Of a stretch of 26,351 nucleotides of DNA, positions 9,916-17,600 are shown piece after piece. This stretch comes from Verrucomicrobiota bacterium. GTDB lineage: Bacteria; Verrucomicrobiota; Verrucomicrobiia; Limisphaerales; CANJXF01. The position numbers and the translations under genes were made by a program. The notes under the pieces were generated by a model. That model saw only the letters and a program-made list of their open reading frames with translations. It ran no database searches and had not been told where the DNA came from. The stretch lies in contig JBBQRQ010000073.1 of NCBI GenBank assembly GCA_038214755.1, positions 1 to 26,351 of the forward strand, read 5' to 3'. Numbering within the stretch: position 1 is the first letter of the stretch; each line of letters starts with the position of its first letter.

Positions 9916-10131
9916 TCAGGCGAGCGCAGGCTTGCGACGGCGGGAAACAACCGTTCCGTTGCCGTTGGCTCGCTGGCGGCGCAGATGCTCGAGGTAACTT
10001 TTGGAAAGCTTCAGGCCGTGCCGGGCCGCGTAAGAACTCGGGCTTGGCCCGCACACGGCAGGAAACTCGTCTTCAATCGCCCAAAGTTCTTCAATCGAGC
10101 GAATGCGACGGCTTTTGCGTTGCAGTTTCAT
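9916..10131 (-). CDS. Small basic hypothetical protein, probable partner of the GNAT gene
   Basis: 71-aa ATG ORF starting 12 nt after the GNAT stop; no family recognised. Confidence 0.5.
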   Translation of the reverse strand: MKLQRKSRRIRSIEELWAIEDEFPAVCGPSPSSYAARHGLKLSKSYLEHLRRQRANGNGTVVSRRRKPALA

Positions 10132-10143
10132 GGTCTGACTATC

Positions 10144-10778
10144 CTACTTTGTCGTGCGATGCGCAAGCATTTGCTCACGCGATTTATGCAACTCACTGCG
10201 ACAATAGCGCAGGACATCCTCCTTGATGAAGAAGTGGTCGAGAATCTGTTTGACGTCCAGTGCGCGTTCGTAAAATGGCGCGGAGAGCGCCGTTGCTTCA
10301 CCCCAAATGCACGGGATTTCTATCTCTTCAGCGAGTCCAACCAACTGGTAGAGAATTCCCGTGCCGACGCCGCGTATCCGCTCCGGTTTTCCGTCAATCA
10401 CGCGGGGATGCACCGAAAGGAAATCAACAATGAGATGATGACACCAACTCCGCCGGAAGTAGGCAAAGCCAAGAATCGGCGTGGGCGACGGCCAGGTGGC
10501 GCGCGCCACGAAAATCATGGCCAGTTCCGATTTCGGATCGCGCCAAATCGAATCGCGCAACTCGGTCAAACTGGTGACGGTCGCGCCGGTGCGGCGATAT
10601 AACGCCACCGTTTGGAAACGAGCCTCGCGTATTCGAGCGCGTCCGCGATGGCCGCATTTTCACCTGGCTCGCTTTGGAAGCGCCAGCGCGTGAGCGAACG
10701 CACGTCGCTGTCGCTGCCCAATCGGAGTTCTGCCTCGCGCGGATGGCCGTCAACTTCGATTTGGAAACGGACGTTCAT
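10144..10778 (-). pseudogene. GNAT-fold acetyltransferase (toxin-like), split by a frameshift near 10598
   Basis: MNVRFQIEVDG...SKRWRY joins YRRTGATV... with a 1-nt shift. Motif A-like RGVGTGIL and ATALSAPFYE. Confidence 0.7.
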
Positions 10779-10932
10779 GGAGCGGTGATGAGTGTTCCAA
10801 AACTTTCACGGCCACGCCACGCTTTTGTGATGGGTGTCTCATTCGCAAAAAATATAACTTCGGGAGAAATTTTCCGCTCGTTCGGCAAATGTTCCAACTT
10901 TTCAAAGTAGGAACAAGGCTATTCCCATCCGC

Positions 10933-11078
10933 AGTTGGTCGAACAACGGCGGGATTTGGTAACAATCGTCGAGATCAATTTTCGCTGGAACAAATTTGCG
11001 CGGCGCGTGGACGGGCAAATTTTTGAAACGGCAATAAATTCATGGGCGAAATTTAAAAGTAAAAATCCGAAAGGCAAA
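10933..11078 (-). pseudogene. pepF 5' copy 2 (promoter + codons ~1-37, early frameshift)
   Basis: ATG at 11043. Aligns to 7369-7513 (atgaatttattgccgtttc...ccgcgcaaatttgttcca..aaaattgatct...ttcgaccaact). Confidence 0.88.
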
Positions 11079-11214
11079 TTCTTCAGCGTCTTGCAAATGT
11101 TGTCAGGGTAAAACCGCCCTGTGCGGGATTAACAGTCAACATTGCGGGAGCCGTTGCGCTCCCGGTTGAAATTTACACTGTCGCGCTATGGAAATTTCTG
11201 AAGCGGTTCGACCT

Positions 11215-11629
11215 TCAGCGTTTTCGATTCGCTAGGATAGTTAAAAACTCGCTGGCGCGGACGATTTGAATGCCTCGGAAATTTTTCAACTCCAGCAAAT
11301 CGGTATCGCCGGTAACAATAAATTCCGCGTTGCCTTCAATCGCACATTCAAGCACGGCATTATCATCGGGATCACGCGGCAAGGCCTTCAACGTCTTCGG
11401 AATGCTTACCACGCGAAGAAAACTCAAATAATCTGCAAGCGTTTCGGTAGTCTGTTCGGGAGAAACCGAGTTTGGATTCCAATTTCTCCGCCAACTCCTC
11501 CATCAACTCAACGCAGGTCACCGCCTGAACATTTCCATCCCGCGCCTGTTCCACCCACTGAAATGGTTTGCCGCGCCAGCCCGCGGCGGAGAAAAGGATG
11601 TTCGTGTCGAATACGACGATGATCGCCAC
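11215..11629 (-). pseudogene. PIN-domain toxin (VapC-like), frameshift near 11460
   Basis: VVFDTNILFSA N-terminus, and RDPDDNAVLECAIEGNAEFIVTGDTDLL in a second frame. Confidence 0.88.
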
Positions 11630-11631
11630 GA

Positions 11632-11870
11632 TTACTCCTCGTGCAACAGGCGGTTTACAAATTCTTCACGTTGATCTTCTGACAAGCGATCCCAGTCCAG
11701 CCCGCGTTCGGCACAAACGCGACGTAATTGCATTTCCCCGAAACGTAACCGCTCATCACGGCGGACTGCGATTCCTGCGCTAAAGCGAGCAGTGCGTCAC
11801 GCTTCCGTGCGGCGGGCAATTGGCGCACGAGAGAAACGACTTGCTCATCGGTCAATTCCAAAACGCTCAT
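11632..11870 (-). pseudogene. Putative antitoxin of the PIN toxin, frameshift near 11763
   Basis: MSVLELTDEQVVSLVRQLP...AQESQ joins, after a 1-nt shift, RRDERLRFGEMQLRRVCAERGLDWDRLSEDQREEFVNRLLHEE*, ending 2 nt before the PIN GTG. Confidence 0.7.
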
Positions 11871-11923
11871 GCGAGAAAAATAACAGCCACCAAGCAAATC
11901 ACAACTTGATTACTACCCGATCA

Positions 11924-12122
11924 TTATCGTTGTGGCACGATGTAACGCTTGCTCGATTCCTCGTCGAGCACCGCGCTCAACGCGCCGCCGTCGAAAATCC
12001 AATTTTCAAAATCGGAAAGGGTTTTACAGTCCGCCGCGCGTATTTCGAGTTGGTCGAACAGAGGCACGATTTGGCTCCAGTCGCTGAGATTTAATTTTCG
12101 CTGGAACAAATTTGCCCGGCCG
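11924..12122 (-). pseudogene. pepF 5' copy 3 (codons ~14-81, no promoter, several indels)
   Basis: KFVPAK..LSDWSQIVPLFDQLEIRAADCKTLSDFENWIFDGGALSAVLDEESSKRYI, with an 8-nt deletion before CH.DN. Confidence 0.88.
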
Positions 12123-12142
12123 CTCCTCGACAACCGCCTTGC

Positions 12143-12387
12143 TCAAATAATTTCTTCTCCGAGGGCCGCTTGGCCGGAAAGCAGGAAAATCTCGATCAAT
12201 TCGCCTTCGCCGCACACCGTCATCTCGGAGAACCGCTTGAACCATGTCCCTTGAGGTACGTCCGGTTCGAGCTCAAGCCATCGAGTAATAATTCCAGTTG
12301 GTCCGTGGAAATCTCCCGCTCCGCAACGCGGTGGGCCAGGTGGCGAAACAGAGGCCGAGGAAGGTTCTCCCGCCGAACTCTAGGGAT
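12143..12387 (-). pseudogene. Small toxin-like hypothetical protein; start codon mutated and frameshifted
   Basis: (ATC)PRVRRENLPRPLFRHLAHRVAEREISTDQLELL joins WLELEPDVPQGTWFKRFSEMTVCGEGELIEIFLLSGQAALGEEII*. It overlaps the upstream stop (CATCCCTAG, inferred original CATGCCTAG). Confidence 0.55.
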
Positions 12388-12490
12388 GAGCGAGATCGCC
12401 GTAGAAACCGCGTTCCAGTTCTGCTTTGAGGCGGGCAACCTCGGCAGGATCGTTCGAGGCCACCATGCGATCGGCAAGCTCGCGCCGCGA
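12380..12490 (-). pseudogene. 3' remnant of an antitoxin-like gene truncated at the IS3 junction
   Basis: ...RRELADRMVASNDPAEVARLKAELERGFYGDLAHP*, with its stop overlapping the next gene's start. Confidence 0.45.
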
Positions 12491-13561
12491 TTGGAAAACG
12501 CGCCTCCCGCCGCAACTGGCCCAACAACCTGCAACCCTCGAAGCGCTGCGGCTGCGCGTGGCCCAACTGGAGCGCGACAACCTCCAGTTGCGCCAGCAAC
12601 GTGACATTTTAAAAAAAACTTTGGGCATTGTCTCGACGACGTAACCGACCGCTACCCACGCATCCAAGCCATGCAAAAGGAATATTCGATGACGCAACTC
12701 TGCGAGACTTTTGCGGTGAGCCGATCGGGCTATTACGCCTGGTGCCAACGCCAGCCCTCGGTCCGTCAACAAACCAATGCCCGACTGTTGAAGGAAATCC
12801 AGGCCCTGCGCCAGGGCCAGGAAGCCTGCTACGGCAGTCCGCGCATGACCGAGGAACTCAAAGGCCGCGGCTACCAATGCAGCGAGAAGCGCATCGCCCG
12901 GCTCATGCACCAACACGGGCTGCGAGCGCAAGCCCGGCCCCGCTTCGTGCCCTGCACCACCGACAGTAACCATGACCTGCCGGTGGCCCCGAACCGGCTG
13001 GCTCAAACGCCCGCGCCGGACGGTCCAACCAGGTCTGGCTGCAAGACATCACCTACGTGCCGACCGCGCAAGGCTGGTTGTATCTGGCGCTGGTGCTGGA
13101 CTTGTGGAGTCGCAAGATCGTCGGCTGGGCGATGGCCGATCATCTCCGCAGCGAACTTGGTGGTCAGCGCGCTGCAAATGGCCTGCACCCAGCGCCGCCC
13201 CGCCAAAGGATTGCTGGTGCACTCCGATCGCGGCGTGCAATACGCCAGCCAGGAAACGCGCGCGTTGCTGGCACGCCACGGCTGGGTGGCCAGCATGAGC
13301 CGCCAAGGCAATCCCTATGACAACGCCTGGATGGAAAGCGCCATCGGAAAGATCAAAAACGAAGTGCTGGGCCGGACCCTGCCCGCCGATCACGCGGCCG
13401 CGCGCCAACAACTCTTTGTCGGCATCGAAGGCTGGTACAACCAACGTCGCCCTCACAGCGCCTTGGGCTATCAATCTCCAGTTGCCTTTGAAACGCAGTT
13501 CATGAAAAACTAACAACCATAAACCACTTCCGCCCCCGTCCACCGTTTCGGGGGAACTTCA
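12488..13561 (+). mobile_element. IS3-family element, left-truncated (orfA C-terminus, orfB with two compensating frameshifts, IRR)
   Basis: orfA end LERDNLQLRQQRDILKKTLG, A8 slippery site 12611-12618, orfB SRSGYY / YGSPRM / GWLYLALVLDLWSRKIVGW / HSDRGVQY / DNAWMES / YNQRRPHSALGYQSP, IRR 13536-13561 ending in CA. Left boundary approximate. Confidence 0.93.
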
Positions 13562-13705
13562 CTTACCGCTGGAGAGCCAGTTCTGGACCGCTTCGCGTTT
13601 GAAGGTTTCATCGAATTGGCGACGGGGTTTGGATTCTGTTTTTTTCATGGGCTTTGCTTTTGATTATTCGCCCAATTCCCCGTCCGTCAATTCGAAGCAA
13701 CCTCA
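13562..13705 (-). mobile_element. Inverted IS3 left end (IRL + first 29 codons of orfA)
   Basis: Minus strand TGAGGTTGCTTCGAATTGACGGACGG (18/26 match to IRR), then ATG 13648 MKKTESKPRRQFDETFKREAVQNWLSSGK, cut exactly at the IRR. Confidence 0.85.
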
Positions 13706-14020
13706 AACTTCATCACAACTTCGCTCCTCCTTCTCCTATACTTTCTGCGCCCGCAACCATCATACCTACCCATTCATCATCCTGCTACCTCGATGATTTG
13801 AAATAAAAGATAGGCACGTCTCTTCATATTTGCTGACTTCAAGTCCTCGAACAGATTAGGTTCAAGAGGGTTTGGGTAATGTCGATGTTTAGAACCGGCG
13901 ACACTCAGTTGGATAACAAAACACTGTCCGGCCTGATTGACTGCGCACGGGAGAATAGTCTTGAGTGTCTCAAAATCCACCTGACATTTTCATTTCTTAA
14001 GGGTATCCCCCTATCTTTGA

Positions 14021-14146
14021 TGTCTAATTGTTTTACATAAATTTTTCAACTCTCATTTCTGCCAGACATTTGTCGCTGCTTAATTCTATGTTAATCAATA
14101 TGTTAAGATATTAAAATAAAAATAGAGAGGCTGGCACTATGTTAGC
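14021..14146 (+). promoter_or_regulatory. Sigma-54 promoter with IHF site and candidate enhancer
   Basis: TGGCACTATGTTAGC at 14132-14146 (GG-N10-GC), AATCAATATGTTA at 14093-14105 (matches WATCAAN4TTR), TGT-N11-ACA at 14021-14037. Confidence 0.7.
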
Positions 14147-14187
14147 TTAGACGGAAAAGTGTCTCAAAAATGGAGTCAATAAAACTT

Positions 14188-14370
14188 ATGAAAAAAATAA
14201 TCGTCAATAGCGCAATTGTATTGGGAGTAATTATGGCATTCAGTCAAACCGCAGCCGCGCTCCCCCCACCGCCGAACGTGCCGGATGCAGGAAGTACCGC
14301 GTTGCTTCTCACGGGTTCACTTGCCGGAATTGAACTGGCTCGTCGAGCGTTAGGAAGAAAAAAGAAGTAA
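14188..14370 (+). CDS. Minimal VPDSG-CTERM (PEP-CTERM-class) protein
   Basis: Signal peptide MKKIIVNSAIVLGVIMAFSQTAAA + LPPPPN + VPDAGST + hydrophobic helix + RRALGRKKK. Alternative ATG at 14170. Confidence 0.8.
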   Translation: MKKIIVNSAIVLGVIMAFSQTAAALPPPPNVPDAGSTALLLTGSLAGIELARRALGRKKK

Positions 14371-14667
14371 GCGGTTCCTCGCATAAGCAGGTAGGTAGGA
14401 CCGAACCTTTCAGAAGGTTCCCATTGTTGAGCCTCGAAGCCTTGAAGTTATTTGTCGCGCCAGGCTGACGTTCCGCAGTGAAGCCAAGTGACCTGCAATG
14501 TTTGCCGTTGCACCATTTTTTCGCGGCAGAATTGGTCACGAAGTGACTAGTGCGAAGAAGGGTGCTTGCGTCACGAAGGGTTGAAAGAAACCTCACGGAA
14601 AACCATTGAGCATTACCAAACCATCAAATTGAAAAGAAAGACAAATAAAAAGACGGATTCGATAATT

Positions 14668-17600
14668 ATGAAGACTATCTCACTCGGTCGTATCTCCAAG
14701 GTTTTGCTGCTCACGGTCATTGGTGCTCTACTGGGATTTGAGGCATTCGCGCAAGCGCCTCAAGCAGGTTGTTGCCTGGTTCTGCCTGTCTATCCTAGCA
14801 ATAAAGTTTCGCTGGAGCTAACGGCCTACTACGGCTATCCCAATAATAGTAGTCTTCTTACCGCGAAAGTCTTGACCGGGCCGGTTCCCTCTTCACCTCC
14901 TCTCTATGCTGCATGGTGTGTCGATGCGAACGCTAACCTGGATGTCCAGCAGCACGGTACCTTTACGCCCTTTGACGGACTTCTTTTCTCCAGTTGCGAT
15001 CCCAATCTCAACGATAAGCTTGGTCAGACCAACCCCGGGGTTTACCATTCTCCAACTTCCTATGTATCTCCTGCAGTCTGGAAACAAGTGAATTATATTC
15101 TTAACCATCGCGACTTTACCCAGCCGCCTTATAGCGGCCCGGTGGATGGTTACAGCTATGCCTACTATTGGGATGTGCAAGAATCCATCAACGTATTGGT
15201 TGGCGGTTCGTTGACTGTCCATTATGACGCTGTTCATTCGGGAGTTACTAACGCCCTTCTTAGCGCCGCCGCCACGTATGCCCCCGCGTGGCAACCTGCC
15301 TGTGGCGACAAGATGGCTGCCATTGCCTATCTTGATGCTACACTCTGGTATGATCCGTTTGACGACCCGCAACTTATCATCATTGAAGTTCCCTGCGTAT
15401 GTCCTCCTGTTTGCGACGTGATTGGGAGTACCAATATCTGCGCGGGACAATCGCAAAATTTCTCCGTGACAGTCAGCGGCGGGACACCGCCCTATACGAT
15501 AGCCTGGACCGGGCCTGGTGGATTCAATTCTACCAATGCGACTATCACCGTCAGTATAGCAGGGACTTACACCGTGACCATCACGGACTCAACGGTGCCC
15601 TATCCGCAGAGCACCTCTTGTTCGGGATTCTTAAAGGTGACCACCACTCCGCCAATGTTCGATAATTGTCCTACCAACTTGAATTTAGGCTGCAACCCAA
15701 ATACGAATAGCATCCCCAGTTGCAACAATCCCGTAATAGTAACCGCTCACGATAATTACGGAAGTGTGACGGTTAATTGTACCGGCATGACGGATCAAGA
15801 CAATGGTTGTGTCAAGACGCGCACGCTCACCTACACGGCGAATAACGTCTGCGGCAATGCCACCTGCGTGCAAAAAGTCACTTGGACGGTGGATACGAAC
15901 AAGCCTGCTATCACTTTCGTCCCACCGGGTGGTGACCTTGGTTGTAATCCTACCAATCTGCCGACAGACCTGAACGTAAAAGCATTGGTAACGGCAACCG
16001 ATGATTGTGGCGCGACGACAAACGATGTTTCCCATGTGGACACGACCAATGGTTGCGGAATGAGGCGCACCTTCACGGTCTTTGTCACCGACGGATGCGG
16101 TAACGTTTCAGATTCAAAGACCATTGTTTATACGTGGACGACAGACAACGCTAAACCGACGGTCATGGTGAGCGGCGGCGGCAACCTCGGCTGCAACCCC
16201 GCCAATGTTCCGAATGACTCGACTGTTAGAACCATGGTCACGGCCACTGATAATTGCAGCGTCCTCTCCACCAATGTCACCCACGTTGACACCTCAAATG
16301 GGTGTTCTATCACTCGAACCTTTACCATCACCGCTACGGATGGTTGTGGGAATATCTCAGATGCGAAGATGGTTGTTTATAACTGGACAGCGGACACCAC
16401 CAAACCCAGCATCACCTGTCCCGCGCCTCTGAGTGTCCAGTGTATCGGCGACATCCCCGCTCCAGACCTTAGCGCAGTCGCAGCCTCCGATGGATGTAGC
16501 ACGCCTAGGAAAAGTTTTGTTGGCGACAGCTACCTGACCAATGGCTGTGTCATCATCGTTACCCGCATTTATAAAGCGACCGACGCCTGCGGCAATTCCA
16601 ACACCTGCACCCAGACTATTACAGTTAGTGATACAACCAAACCGGTCATTACCACCGTTCCGACTGGCGGGGATCTAGGTTGCACACCTGCTTCCCTTCC
16701 TACCGACGCAAGTGTGAAAGCATTGGTAGCGGCCATGGATAACTGCGGAATGCCAACCATCAATGTCTCGCACATTCTCGGAGGCAATGCCTGTTCATCA
16801 AATCTAACATTTACGATTACGGCCATTGATGGTTGCCGTAACGTTTCCGATGCGCGAACAGTAGTTTATACCTTCGGTTGTCCTCCGTGCGTGCCGAGCA
16901 CTTTTAACTTCCAGGGTAGTAGCGCTCTTTCGGGCACCAACGGAAATACCCGCACCTTTTCGACCAACGGTGTCTCGATCAAAGTAACCGCGTTCAGTCG
17001 CACCAAACCGGGCGGAAGTTGGGCCACGGCTTACCTCGGCAGCTATGGTGGAGGTTTAGGAGTCACGGATTCCAGCGAGGGCGATGGTAGTAATAACCGG
17101 CATACCGTGGACAATATTGATCGAGACAACTACGTCCTGTTCGAGTTCTCCGAGCCGGTTGTTTTAAGCCGGGCGACGTTGGGTTATGTGGTTTCCGACA
17201 GCGATCTGACTTTGTGGATAGGAACCTTCGCCGATCCGTATAATAATCACTTAACGCTGAGTGATGCAGTCCTCGGCAGCTTCGGTTATACGGAAGACAA
17301 TTTGACGGGTAGCACCACCGCGCGGACAGCAGATTTAAATGCCACGGGAGTCATGGGCAATGCAATAGTAATCGCCGCCTGGCCGGGAGATGCAACCCCG
17401 GAAGATCAATTCAAGATCGCTCTATTCGACATTTGCAAACCTTCTTGCGCGCCCGCGCCTTGCACCGGCAGCATCTGCGGCTCAGTAGTGCGCGACTGTG
17501 ATGCGAGCGGAAATCTAAGCGGTGATACGGGCATTCCAAATGTTACTGTAACTCTCAAGAAGAACGGCACCAATGTCACGTCCACCGTGACTGGCACCAA

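Noticed and set aside
7480..12122. pepF repeats as DGR template/variable repeats
   Set aside because: Differences are not adenine-specific, they lie at the 5' end and are mostly synonymous, and no reverse transcriptase is present.
13777..13980. 67-aa minus-strand ORF
   Set aside because: GTG start, no motif and AT-rich intergenic context; it cannot be supported.
14081..14146. TATGTTA repeats as dif/pdif XerD arms
   Set aside because: There is no XerC arm at 6-bp spacing; the IHF and sigma-54 sites explain two of the three copies.
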